From Gammaproteobacteria bacterium (GTDB lineage Bacteria > Pseudomonadota > Gammaproteobacteria > UBA4575), in assembly GCA_965223115.1 (NCBI GenBank), contig OZ244982.1, positions 817,560 to 881,559 on the forward strand: a DNA stretch of 64,000 bases. Direction: 5' to 3'. Within the stretch, counting starts at the first letter, position 1, and the number at the start of each line of letters is the position of its first letter. Both the position numbers and the translations under genes were made by a program. Under the pieces are notes generated by a model, which was given only the letters and a program-made list of their open reading frames with translations, had not been told where the DNA came from and made no database searches. Shown piece after piece: positions 9,401-19,675 of the stretch.

Positions 9401-10806
9401 TTAAGCAGGTAATAAAATTGTGAATGTGCTGCCACTTCCATATTCACTTTTTATTTTTATGTCTCCTCCATGAGATCGAGCAATAGCCATAGCGTAGCTT
9501 AGCCCTAAACCATTTCCGTTACTGGATCTACTGCTATCACAACGGAAAAAACGTTCGAAAACCCGGTGCTGATCTTCTGGTAATATGCCATTTCCTTCAT
9601 CAATAATATGGATGTAAATATTTTTTGAATGATTTTCTAGTTTGATATGTACTTGACTATTTGGCTTTGTATATTTTAAAGCGTTATCTATTAAATTGGC
9701 CAACATTCGTTGTATGCTTTGTTTATTACCATTAAATTTGCATTTAGGTTTTATGTTAAAAGTAAGCTCAACATTTTTGTTTTCAGCTACAGGGTCAAAT
9801 AATTCACAGGCCTCTTCTATCAATCAGAAAGATCTATAATTTCTTTAATACGATTGGTGACACCCGCTTCAGCTTCTGCCACATCTAATGTGCTGTTTAC
9901 CATTTGAATAAGGCGGTCACATTCTTCTAGTGTATCTTCAGCTGCAACTTTGTAATTTTCACTTTGAGAATTATTAGACAAAGTATTTTCTGAGATAGCA
10001 CGAATTCTTGCTAATGGACTGCGTAAATCATGCGCAATATTGTCAATCATTTCGCGCATTTCGGTTATTAGGTTATTAATACGCTCAATCATTGCGTTAA
10101 ATGTATTTGCTAGAGTTTGAATTTCTTCTGGTTGTCTGGTAATTGATACACGACGGTTAAATTCTCCATTTCTAATATCGATAGCAGCTTTGTTGATCTC
10201 TTCTATACCTTTGATGCTCTGTTTGGCCATGAACCATCCAATTGTTGAGGCAATTGGTAAAGCAATCAAAAACATTGAAGCAAATACAATCAGAAGTAAT
10301 TCCATTATTTCTTCTTTTTCTTCAGTAGATTCTCCTATTTGCAGAATAGTATTAGAGCCAATTAATCCATAAACAATCCTTGTGTTTTCTTCTTGCATGG
10401 GGAATTTCATGGTTTCTAAATAGAGTTTAGAGTCATTTAATAAAACTTTGTTTAAGGTGCTCTGAATTGTGTGTATTCCTTTCCAATGAGATAGGTCTGA
10501 AGCATGGATCTGTTTACCGTTAGTAGTGAGAACGCGTAAAAATACTTCGCTAACATCACTAGTTTTTGCTTCACGGTCAATTTCTTTTTTAACAGCATAT
10601 ATTCCTTCGTTTTTAAAAAGTATAGAAAATTCTTCTATATCTTCTTCTAAATCCTCATCAATTCTATTATTTAATATAGTATTAATGGATAGATATAATG
10701 CCGAAAGTGAAATTGCTAAAAAGGTAACAAACAATATTGAATACCAGAGGGTGAGTCTGAAACTTAGAGTATTAGGAAATTTATTCATCATTGACTTTAA
10801 GAACAT
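9401..10806 (-). pseudogene. Sensor histidine kinase gene split by a -1 frameshift between the HisKA and HATPase_c domains
   Basis: ORF 10806-9820 carries two TM segments, a HAMP region and an H-box (…IAHDLRSPLARI…). ORF 9823-9401 carries the HATPase_c N, G1 and G2 boxes (…NLIDNALKYT…DEGNGI…GNGLGLSYA…). The two are contiguous but one nucleotide out of frame around 9815-9830 (…IDLSD* / LIEEACELF…). Confidence 0.65.
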
Positions 10807-11461
10807 AGCCTAGGCCACGAACGGTATGTATTAAAGGTGTGCTATATGTTTTATCTATTTTTTCTCTAAGTCTGCTAATTCTTGCTTCTACAACATTTGT
10901 TCCAGGGTCAAAATCGTAATTCCAAACTCTTTCCATTATCATTGTTTTTGACAAAACACGACCAGCATTTCTAACCAAATATTCTAATAGGGCAAATTCT
11001 TTTGGTTGTAGGTCAATCTTTTTATTCGCTCGTTTTGCAGTTCTAGAAAGTAAATCTAGAGATAAATCATTTATTGTTAATGTTGTTGGCTCTGAAATAT
11101 TACTTGCACGACGTAGAAGTGCTTCAATTCGAGCAAGTAACTCACTAAAAGAAAATGGTTTAGTTAGATAATCATCTCCACCATGTTGCAAACCATCAAT
11201 TCGGTCATCCACAGTGCGTTTTGCACTTAATATTATTATGGGAAGATTTATCCCTTTTTCTCGAACTCGACTTATAATAGATAAACCGTCTAGCTTAGGA
11301 AGCATCAAATCTATAATTGCAAGATCATAAATGTCTTGTATAACTAAGCTTAATCCTAATTGTCCGTCTGCTGCATGATCTATAGCAAAACCTGCCTCCT
11401 TAAGCCCTTTTATAATAAAGTCAGCTATTACCTGATCATCTTCAATGAGTAGTAATCTCAT
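10781..11461 (-). CDS. OmpR-family response regulator (receiver plus winged-helix DNA-binding domain)
   Basis: 226 aa. MRLLLIEDD…DLAIIDLMLPKLDG… receiver and a C-terminal OmpR/PhoB-type wHTH (…RVWNYDFDPGTNVVEARISRLREKI…). Overlaps the kinase start by 26 nt. Confidence 0.85.
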   Translation of the reverse strand: MRLLLIEDDQVIADFIIKGLKEAGFAIDHAADGQLGLSLVIQDIYDLAIIDLMLPKLDGLSIISRVREKGINLPIIILSAKRTVDDRIDGLQHGGDDYLTKPFSFSELLARIEALLRRASNISEPTTLTINDLSLDLLSRTAKRANKKIDLQPKEFALLEYLVRNAGRVLSKTMIMERVWNYDFDPGTNVVEARISRLREKIDKTYSTPLIHTVRGLGYVLKVNDE

Positions 11462-11694
11462 CTTTAATTTCTAGTAGATTTGAAGGATTTTATTACTTCA
11501 AGCATATATTCTTAATTTTAGTTTTATATTGCATTAACGTTTTAAATAAATATATGCCAAATCTAGCATGTGTATCTTTGTCATATTGCAAACAGTAATG
11601 CAATATTTTGAATTAAAACATTACCATATGGTGAACTAGAAGAAAGTTTTAATAAAAATGATCTATTTAGTTGGGTAATATAAGGTCTATATAA

Positions 11695-12837
11695 TTGACT
11701 TTTATGAACGCATATCCGAACTCTAGTATTTTAAAATATATTAATATCTTACTTGCATTATATTTTTTTATAGTTATGCAAGATGTATCAGCAAATGACC
11801 AAGGTCCTGCGGATATAAAGCTAGGTCCAAAAGATTTAACAGCAAGAATATATCGAAATCCTGAGGAACGTCGGGAAGCAGGATTGGGAACTAAACTAAC
11901 TGATAAGCTTAAATTTTCTGGATTACTAGAAATAGCAAAAGAATACAGTGAAGAAAACTTAGAGAATAGAGGAAAAAATAGAGTATATGCTGATATAACA
12001 TTTGCAGCACAGTTTGCGTTTGAGTATTCATTTGCCAAATGGATGAATACGGAGTTAATTTATGAGGTTGAGCATGACGGCAGAAATCAAACGGGTCAAT
12101 GGGATGAGGCATTTATTAGTTTAGATTTTGATGCATTAGGGATAGGCATAGAAGCAGGAAGAGTTTCTGCTCCATTTGGTGAATATTACAGTCATTTTGC
12201 TACAGGGCCATTATTGGAATTTGGTGAGACCATTCGTAATGGCTTGATTGTTGATTATGAGCTTTTGGCTGGATTAGATATAACAGGATTTATTATTGAT
12301 AGCGATGTGAAAAAAATGAATAAAGGCACTGACTATGACTGGGGGGCTGCTATTGAATATACATCTATAACAGAGGCCTTTCGTTTTGGTATAGGTTATC
12401 TATCAGACTTGGCAGAAAGTGATGAGCGTTTTTTGCAAGATGAAAATGATGAATATGAAAGACGTGTGTCAGCATGGAATGCTTATACATTAATAGGTTT
12501 TGAGGATTTTGAAATCACTGCTGAATATGTTCTAGCAAATAATAAGTTTAGAGAGTTTGATGATCAAGAAAATAAACCAAGTGCTTATAACCTTGAGTTA
12601 GCCTATTTTCCAGTACCTCAATTACAGGTGGCAGTAAGGCTGGAAGGTAGTGATGAATTCGCCGATAAGCCTGAACAACAATATGGCGTTTCAGTTAGTT
12701 GGTGTTTTGTTAATCGTCTAAGTATTACAACAGAATATTTATTTGCTAACTTTAAGAATAATTTTGCATTTGATGATGAGGATAATGAAATAAAAGATCG
12801 AGATATGATCGCAGCTGAGCTATCAATAGAATTTTAA
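11695..12837 (+). CDS. Putative outer-membrane beta-barrel (porin-like) protein
   Basis: 380 aa. Hydrophobic N-terminal signal-like segment, alternating amphipathic beta-strand pattern, C-terminal …ELSIEF with terminal Phe typical of OMPs. Divergently transcribed from the two-component system. Confidence 0.45.
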   Translation: MTFMNAYPNSSILKYINILLALYFFIVMQDVSANDQGPADIKLGPKDLTARIYRNPEERREAGLGTKLTDKLKFSGLLEIAKEYSEENLENRGKNRVYADITFAAQFAFEYSFAKWMNTELIYEVEHDGRNQTGQWDEAFISLDFDALGIGIEAGRVSAPFGEYYSHFATGPLLEFGETIRNGLIVDYELLAGLDITGFIIDSDVKKMNKGTDYDWGAAIEYTSITEAFRFGIGYLSDLAESDERFLQDENDEYERRVSAWNAYTLIGFEDFEITAEYVLANNKFREFDDQENKPSAYNLELAYFPVPQLQVAVRLEGSDEFADKPEQQYGVSVSWCFVNRLSITTEYLFANFKNNFAFDDEDNEIKDRDMIAAELSIEF

Positions 12838-12870
12838 TTTTATTTCTAAATTAGTAAATGTATAACCCAA

Positions 12871-13695
12871 CTAACCAATCCAAACAAGGAGTTCTCCTTG
12901 GCCGTCTACTGAAGTGTCACCCATGTAACGTTGTACACGTCTGCGCATTGGGTGTAGTAATCTAAACTTAGACTCATAACGCCTTAGCTCATGAAGTAGT
13001 AATGTTAGATAACCCAAGCTATGTCGACCACAGTCATGAAATCCTGATGCCATATCTTCTGGTTTGTGTGGAAATAGTAAAGTACCACGTCTCATACCAA
13101 CACCTACTTGTTTACCAATTGCCCCCATGTTGGTAATCGTTCCCGCTATCATTCTACTGGCACAATGATCACCGATATCCCCTACCACCATAATAGTTCC
13201 GCGTCGCATTAAGTCACCGGTAAAGTCACCAGTATTACCGTGTACGAGTATTGTGCCTCCTGACATGCCTTTTTTCTCACCTGTGATAGCACTGCCTGTA
13301 TAGTTATTGCTGTTACCAGATATTTCTAATAAGCCTTTAGACATCCCACAACCAGAGAAATCTTGTGTGTTTCCCTCTACCTTTATTGTGGCCCCATTTA
13401 ATTGTGCCCCTGCATAATGCCCACAATCACCGATTACTGATAGTTTTATATCGTTATTAAGTGCATAGCCAATATAGTCCATCTTGGAGTTCGCATTCTC
13501 CAATATATATTCATTACTAGAATTGCTTTTTGAAATATCAAATAACTCACCAACGGTGGTTTGTTGATTACCAATTAACAAATCTAGATTCTTGGTCTGT
13601 TCATCCGTTAGTGTTTGTTTTATAGCATCACTTAACCAACGCATATCTATGCGTTGTTGAACATTGCCTTTATATGTAACGGTTGTATGACTCAT
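12871..13695 (-). CDS. fhcC: Formyltransferase/hydrolase complex subunit C (FwdC-like, GXGXXG beta-helix repeats)
   Basis: 274 aa with repeated G-x-x-G-x-x-G segments (…GNTGDFTGDLMRRGTIMVVGDIGDHCASRMIAGTITN…) as in formylmethanofuran dehydrogenase subunit C. Last gene of a four-gene operon. Confidence 0.7.
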   Translation of the reverse strand: MSHTTVTYKGNVQQRIDMRWLSDAIKQTLTDEQTKNLDLLIGNQQTTVGELFDISKSNSSNEYILENANSKMDYIGYALNNDIKLSVIGDCGHYAGAQLNGATIKVEGNTQDFSGCGMSKGLLEISGNSNNYTGSAITGEKKGMSGGTILVHGNTGDFTGDLMRRGTIMVVGDIGDHCASRMIAGTITNMGAIGKQVGVGMRRGTLLFPHKPEDMASGFHDCGRHSLGYLTLLLHELRRYESKFRLLHPMRRRVQRYMGDTSVDGQGELLVWIG

Positions 13696-14587
13696 TCATT
13701 ATTTCTCTTAAATGGAAATGATGCTGGCCTAATTTACCACCGTAGTTACCCCCAGTAATTTTTTCAATGCCTTGTGCTTTGCCTAAATCACAAATAGCTT
13801 CGATGCCACGGTACATCGCTAAAACAACATCTTCTTTAGTTAGGCCGTCGATTACTATCTCCATTGCTGCTTCGATACTTTTGCCAAGTACATTGTCGGG
13901 TTCGCCTTTAAGTGTAGGGCAGAAAGGATGATTAGTAGAAGCATTCAGTTCCTTGTATTTTGAACCTACTTTGGAACCAGAACGAACTCCGCCCCCAGGG
14001 AATGGCAACACAATGTTTGGTAATACACTGATAGCATCAATTGCAGCTTCACAAGCAAGTAATGCCTGTGAAATATGTCGTGCTAATACTAAAATGTTTC
14101 CACCACCAATTGCACTTTGGTAGCCGGTAGATTCCTGACATAAAAATTCACCATCCATGACAGGAATGCGCCAGAAACGGTTACTACCAATCATTTTTGA
14201 TGATTGATAACCATCACCAAAATAGCGCAAATTTTTGCCTAAAGAAATTTGTTCATCTCCGTCCATGCCGGCAAATACTGCAGTAGTGGGGCAAGTGAGT
14301 ACACATTGTCCAACACGTACTTGTAATTGTTGCTCTAGTGTCTTGCGATCTGTAGAAAAAAGCAAAACAGATATTCCTGGTCTACCATCAGGAGTTTCGT
14401 GATTGCCAATAACTCTTTCAATGCCTGCTTCAACTTTACAACCAATTACAGAGGTTGCGAAACCGGTCATGGTTTCTGCGGCATGTCTTGCCCATTTATA
14501 ATTGATGGCGGTGATAATGATACGTGTAGCACGCATTGAAAATGCTTCTGAAAATGTATCTTCTATAAGAACGCCATTAATAATCAT
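13670..14587 (-). CDS. fhcD: Formylmethanofuran--tetrahydromethanopterin N-formyltransferase (Ftr / FhcD)
   Basis: 305 aa. N-terminus MIINGVLIEDTFSEAF… matches the Ftr signature (MEINGVxIEDTFAEAF). Overlaps fhcC by 26 nt. Confidence 0.8.
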   Translation of the reverse strand: MIINGVLIEDTFSEAFSMRATRIIITAINYKWARHAAETMTGFATSVIGCKVEAGIERVIGNHETPDGRPGISVLLFSTDRKTLEQQLQVRVGQCVLTCPTTAVFAGMDGDEQISLGKNLRYFGDGYQSSKMIGSNRFWRIPVMDGEFLCQESTGYQSAIGGGNILVLARHISQALLACEAAIDAISVLPNIVLPFPGGGVRSGSKVGSKYKELNASTNHPFCPTLKGEPDNVLGKSIEAAMEIVIDGLTKEDVVLAMYRGIEAICDLGKAQGIEKITGGNYGGKLGQHHFHLREIMNESYNRYI

Positions 14588-14591
14588 TGTA

Positions 14592-16250
14592 TTAATTTAG
14601 TTTGCATGGATGAATTTGAGTCTTACTACCAATGCATTCTTCCATTTCATCATTGCTGATTTTGAAATTATCAAATGCAATAGTTTGGTAGTCATCAAAA
14701 TATTTCTTTAAAGGTTTTTCGATAGCTCGATCAAACTCAGGTTTTACAACATGAGTTATACCTTGAACAGTTTTTATTACTGACCCATCTTTAACAATTT
14801 GCACACCATTTTTAAATACCATATAAGGCTTAGCAAACATCTGTTCTATATCATTTTGTTTGTGATAAACGACGATATTTGCGACTGCATTGTCACCTAG
14901 ATGGCCATGATCATTCAATCCTAAAATTTTAGCAGGGGCAGCACGTGTCATAATTGCAATTTCATATAGAGAATATTCGCGTTGCATGGAAGCCAAGTTA
15001 GACATCTTTTGTGCTTCAGGATGTATAATATTAAAAGCATCATTTCTAAACGAGCGATTCATTAATAATTTTATTAAATGAGGATAACTAGTAAAAGGGG
15101 CGCCGTTAGGGTGATCAGTAGTTAAAAAGATACGCCAGGGGTCATTTACTTGTAGGAAAATTTCTAAGCCGATGGCCCATTGCAAGGCATTAACAAAGCT
15201 TTTGTCACGGTACTTAAAGGGCATAACTCCACAACCTGCATCACATTCAATGTCCATAATAGTCCATTTCTTTGGGTGTGCATGGTCATGACCGAAGTAT
15301 TGCATCATGGTATCTCCAGATGTTGTCATGGTTTGACCAAACATAATTTGGCCAACATCTGCAGATACGTTGTTTTGTTTATTAATAGCTTCTGCAATCT
15401 CACATGCTGCGGAGGAGAATTTTCTATCGCCTTCTGCTCCATAGCTATGAAATTGAATATGGGTTAAATGAACAGGAAGGCCTTGTGCAGCAGACATGGT
15501 TGCAAGTGTTGATTCGAAGTTACCAGGAATACCTAAATTACTTGCATGAACGTGCAGTGGGTGTGGTACACCAAGATCATGTATGGCTTTACTTAAGGTG
15601 GTAATTATTTGTCGCGGTGTTACACCAATTGGGCCTGTTTCGTCAACATCAAGACGGCGTTGGTTATATTTAAATGCGTGGATTCCACCAGCATTAACTA
15701 CTTTTATTCCGATACATTGAGATGCGTCTAGTGTCCATGCTACGTAGTCATTAATCGCAGCTTGATTTGCACCTTGAGTTAGCATTCTCAACAAAAAGTC
15801 ATCATTGCCTAATAATGCGTAGCCCCCTTTGTCAATCATAGGAGTATCGGCCATTTCCATATGAGCTTGGCGAGCATTTACAGGTAATACAGCGGGCTCA
15901 AAGCATGTGGTATAGCCCATCTCGGCATAGCGATAACCTGTTGTATAAGTCGAAGGGGTAATGTGGCCACTTCCAGCACGGCATACATCTGTTTTATTAT
16001 CGATGTTGTTTTGGTGATCATCGAACATCATTGTGCGTGCAATATTTACTTTGCCGCCACCAATATGTGTATGCATATCGATTGCACCAGCCATGACAAT
16101 GCAATCATTAATATCTATTTCTTGGTCAATTTTTTTGTTTTCAGGTGCAGATAGGCTGATCTTGTCATCAACAATGTATATATCTTTTACTTGACCATCC
16201 ACTTCATGAACTGGGTCATATACCTTGCCGTTTGATAATTTAATAACCAT
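14592..16250 (-). CDS. fhcA: Formyltransferase/hydrolase complex subunit A (FwdA-like amidohydrolase)
   Basis: 552 aa. Metal-dependent amidohydrolase motifs (…AIDMHTHIGGGKVN…, …HVHASNLG…). Confidence 0.8.
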   Translation of the reverse strand: MVIKLSNGKVYDPVHEVDGQVKDIYIVDDKISLSAPENKKIDQEIDINDCIVMAGAIDMHTHIGGGKVNIARTMMFDDHQNNIDNKTDVCRAGSGHITPSTYTTGYRYAEMGYTTCFEPAVLPVNARQAHMEMADTPMIDKGGYALLGNDDFLLRMLTQGANQAAINDYVAWTLDASQCIGIKVVNAGGIHAFKYNQRRLDVDETGPIGVTPRQIITTLSKAIHDLGVPHPLHVHASNLGIPGNFESTLATMSAAQGLPVHLTHIQFHSYGAEGDRKFSSAACEIAEAINKQNNVSADVGQIMFGQTMTTSGDTMMQYFGHDHAHPKKWTIMDIECDAGCGVMPFKYRDKSFVNALQWAIGLEIFLQVNDPWRIFLTTDHPNGAPFTSYPHLIKLLMNRSFRNDAFNIIHPEAQKMSNLASMQREYSLYEIAIMTRAAPAKILGLNDHGHLGDNAVANIVVYHKQNDIEQMFAKPYMVFKNGVQIVKDGSVIKTVQGITHVVKPEFDRAIEKPLKKYFDDYQTIAFDNFKISNDEMEECIGSKTQIHPCKLN

Positions 16251-16258
16251 GATTGAGT

Positions 16259-17521
16259 TTAAAGGTTTTCTGTAAGTTGCTTGATGACTTCATTTGCTGC
16301 AGGAAGATCACTAGCACGTATGGCTTTTAAAGGTAAAGTGGCAACATTATCTGTGCGACACGCAAGTCCACGGTGATCTATACCTGGTACACCTGTAGGA
16401 ATGTAAACTTGAACATCTGAATTGCATTTCATGTTTGGATGCCCAATTACGATAGTAGGCACAGACGTTTCAGGGGGTAGGTCGCTGGAGTTATAAGTAG
16501 CTATCCATAGTAGTGCATCTGCTTCATTATTTTGTAGCATTGCCATTCCGTCGAATAAATTTGGATTATGGTTGGGTGCCCCATTCATAAATGCAATTGG
16601 TAAAGGTATGCCCATTTGCCATGTCGCAATTTGGTTGGCTGTAATTTCAGCTTTTGAACCACCTAATGTAAGTCCAACAACACGATTCTTTACCATGAGT
16701 CTTTTTATTAGTTGCGTAAGTGTCTGAATAGTTTGTTCTGCAGTTGCTTGGTTAAACTCCCCTGGGCTCCATAAAAAAGTTGTATATTGGCTGTTAGTTA
16801 TAATCTCGCATAATTGCAATAATGCTTGAATAGCATAAGTATTTTTATTAGAAATTTTATTAGGTGAAGCTATTATTCCATGGAGTTTTTGTATAATTGA
16901 TTCTAGAGTAGGTTCGTCAAAATTAAGAAATGTAATATCTTCGTACATAGATTGAATAGATTTGTCAGCATCATTTGCTACATCCAATACAAAAATATTT
17001 TTCTTTGTTGAGGTATCGCCATTCAATGACTGCGCTGGCGATAGTATTCGTTTATATAAGCGTGGGAAGTTTTCAAGTATTCCAGATCCAATTATTACAA
17101 CACAGTCTGCGCGATTACGGATTTCTGCTAAAGTTGTTTTTACTTCACCATGCCTTTGCATGACGGCATTATTAGTGCGCAATCTTGCGCCATTTGCATG
17201 ATCAATAACTCCGCCAATTTTTTCTGCTAATGCAATCGCATTTCTGCAGGTTTGCACATCCCCAATCAAACCGCTGATAAGAGGCTGTTTTGCTGAGGCT
17301 AAAATTTCACATGCCTTTTGTAGTGCATCTTTTTGAGTTGCAGTAGCACCCTTAACGAAAGGTGATGGGGCCTTGTTGTCTTCAAGTGAGGCGTCTTCAA
17401 AGTGGTGTTTACATTTTGCTGGCATTTCCGGATTCAGCTGTACAAAAAGATCATTTGTTTCAACCTCTAAATCGTCACAAAGTAAGCCACAATGTGTGCA
17501 TGTAACTGAATCAAATTGCAT
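16259..17521 (-). CDS. fhcB: Formyltransferase/hydrolase complex subunit B (FwdB-like, molybdopterin-oxidoreductase fold)
   Basis: 420 aa. N-terminal Cys cluster (MQFDSVTCTHCGLLCDDLEV) as in FwdB/FhcB. Confidence 0.75.
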   Translation of the reverse strand: MQFDSVTCTHCGLLCDDLEVETNDLFVQLNPEMPAKCKHHFEDASLEDNKAPSPFVKGATATQKDALQKACEILASAKQPLISGLIGDVQTCRNAIALAEKIGGVIDHANGARLRTNNAVMQRHGEVKTTLAEIRNRADCVVIIGSGILENFPRLYKRILSPAQSLNGDTSTKKNIFVLDVANDADKSIQSMYEDITFLNFDEPTLESIIQKLHGIIASPNKISNKNTYAIQALLQLCEIITNSQYTTFLWSPGEFNQATAEQTIQTLTQLIKRLMVKNRVVGLTLGGSKAEITANQIATWQMGIPLPIAFMNGAPNHNPNLFDGMAMLQNNEADALLWIATYNSSDLPPETSVPTIVIGHPNMKCNSDVQVYIPTGVPGIDHRGLACRTDNVATLPLKAIRASDLPAANEVIKQLTENL

Positions 17522-17592
17522 ATTAGTAGTTCAAGAATATTAATAAAAAGGGGCTATAAAGGATCATAACAAGATATCAAGAGGCTTGTAGC

Positions 17593-18639
17593 TTAATTTG
17601 TTTTGTTATCCAGTGAATAGGGCAAAGATTGCATTGAAATGTTTGCTCCTGATACTGAAGATAAATGTAAATCTCTATCATTTTGATTTGCTATGCGCAG
17701 TACGGCTAATGCAGAAGTAATTTCATCTGATATTTTTTCTGCTATAACAACTTTTCCCACTGGCTGGTTTTCATCTTTGGATGAAAAGATATTAATTCCA
17801 GGTTCAGGAACATTTGCAGTAATAATATTTATTCGATACATGCGACGATTAGGTTTACCTAGATAATGTGTGCGAGCAATTACCTCCTGTCCTGGATAAC
17901 ATCCTTTGCTAAAACTAACACCCTTAATAATTTCTAAGTTAGTCATTTGAGGAATGAAGGCTTCACTAGTATTTTCTGTAATTGTTGGTATACCGCTATA
18001 AATATCGTGTAAGTTCCACAACTTATTTGAAGCCACATCAAGTTTTTTGGCTAGTTCCCCCCAAATTGTAATCGCTTGTTTTGGTCTAGTTATACAAATT
18101 ACTCTTGAGTTTTCACTGGGGAGTCGAATTAAAGTTGTTTCATTATCTATTACGCAGTGATCAATTTTTTGAGGCATTGTTAAATCTATGCTACTTAGTA
18201 CTGATTCGGTGTTAGGTCCTGCTACTCCAAAAATAACCAACTCATCAGATGCGTCTATTAACTCTACTTTTGCTATGAGTTTAAACATATTTAATTTATT
18301 TAGAGTTTTTTCAATTACATCTTTTGGTAAAATAAGATGATACCCATTTACTGTTTTATATATCCTAAAGATTGAGAGCATTCTGCCCTTGGGGTTGCAG
18401 TAACTGCTGAGTTGACTATTTTTAGAGTTGACTAGGTTTAAGTCATTGGTAAATTGTCCATGCAAAAAGTTTTGTGCATCTTCTCCACTTGCTTTGATTA
18501 GACCTAGATTAGATAGGTTGCATAAGTAAGTGTGGTCTAATGAATATACTTCATTATCTGCCTCACCTAGAGTAGGTGCTTGCACATTACGAATCACTGT
18601 ACCTTGATCCGTCAAAAATTTGTTCCAAGCCTCGTTCAT
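17593..18639 (-). CDS. ygfZ: Folate-binding protein YgfZ (GcvT-like, Fe-S cluster repair / tRNA modification)
   Basis: 348 aa with the C-terminal signature …SFSKGCYPGQEVIARTHYLGK… (KGCYxGQE motif). Confidence 0.75.
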   Translation of the reverse strand: MNEAWNKFLTDQGTVIRNVQAPTLGEADNEVYSLDHTYLCNLSNLGLIKASGEDAQNFLHGQFTNDLNLVNSKNSQLSSYCNPKGRMLSIFRIYKTVNGYHLILPKDVIEKTLNKLNMFKLIAKVELIDASDELVIFGVAGPNTESVLSSIDLTMPQKIDHCVIDNETTLIRLPSENSRVICITRPKQAITIWGELAKKLDVASNKLWNLHDIYSGIPTITENTSEAFIPQMTNLEIIKGVSFSKGCYPGQEVIARTHYLGKPNRRMYRINIITANVPEPGINIFSSKDENQPVGKVVIAEKISDEITSALAVLRIANQNDRDLHLSSVSGANISMQSLPYSLDNKTN

Positions 18640-18888
18640 ACTGTACTGATTAAATTTTGTTCAAACATGATGATTTTGCATAAAAAACCAAGCTCAAAGT
18701 ATCAATCTATCATAAAATTACATATTAAATTTCTTTAAGCACTTGTTATTGCTCACATTTCTTTAGAGATATGTTCAATATATCTGGTCAATCGGTTAGT
18801 ATTCAATGCAGAACTAAGCGTTTTTACTGCCTCTGCAGAATGGAAGTTATCAAAGAGGCATCAATAGTACATAGTCAAGAGGAGTTAC

Positions 18889-19281
18889 ATGGCTAATCTA
18901 AGTAGGCCATTATCACCACATTTGCAAATTTACAGATGGCCACTCACGATGGCTATTTCGATTCTACATCGAATGACTGGTGTTGCACTTGCCATAGGCG
19001 CAGTATTGATGGTGGTGATTTTTATATCAGTTGCGGCTGGGCCTGAATCATACGAAATAGTAAGAGAGTTACTTGCAAGTAAGATTGGTAAGGCATTTTT
19101 GTTTTTATGGACCGTTGCACTTTTCTTACATTTGTTTAATGGTATCCGTCATTTAGTTTGGGATGTAGGCTATGGTTTTGAAAAAGGCGCCACAACAAAA
19201 TCTGGAATATTAGTGTTACTGGCTACTATAGTATTGTCTGTAGCAGTTTGGGTGGCAGCCTATCTAAGCTGTAATGTATAA
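18889..19281 (+). CDS. sdhC: Succinate dehydrogenase cytochrome b556 subunit
   Basis: 130 aa, three TM helices, …RPLSPHLQIYRWPLTM… N-terminus typical of SdhC. First gene of sdhCDAB. Confidence 0.8.
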   Translation: MANLSRPLSPHLQIYRWPLTMAISILHRMTGVALAIGAVLMVVIFISVAAGPESYEIVRELLASKIGKAFLFLWTVALFLHLFNGIRHLVWDVGYGFEKGATTKSGILVLLATIVLSVAVWVAAYLSCNV

Positions 19282-19294
19282 ATAAGGATTAAGA

Positions 19295-19666
19295 ATGTCT
19301 TTACGAACACCATTATCGGAAGCAAAAGGACTTGGCTCTGCTAAAGAGGGTGCAGGGCACTGGTGGCTGCAAAGATTAACTGCAGTTGCTTTAATACCTT
19401 TAGCAATTTGGCTGGCGTTTTCAGTCGCTATGTTAGGCTCAGCAAGTCACGAAACTATTGTAGGCTGGTTACAATCACCTATTGTAGTAGTTTTGCTAAT
19501 CTTGTTCATTGTGGCTACGTTCTATCACGCCCAATTAGGTCTTCAAGTTATTATTGAAGATTATGTTGGGGGCTGGCTAAAGATTACATCTTTAATTGCA
19601 ATCAATTTTCTTTGCATTATTTTGGCTGTTGCCGGAATTATCGCCCTGTTAAAAATCTTTTTATAA
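19295..19666 (+). CDS. sdhD: Succinate dehydrogenase hydrophobic membrane anchor subunit
   Basis: 123 aa, three TM helices, positioned between sdhC and sdhA. Confidence 0.75.
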   Translation: MSLRTPLSEAKGLGSAKEGAGHWWLQRLTAVALIPLAIWLAFSVAMLGSASHETIVGWLQSPIVVVLLILFIVATFYHAQLGLQVIIEDYVGGWLKITSLIAINFLCIILAVAGIIALLKIFL

Positions 19667-19675
19667 AAAACTACC

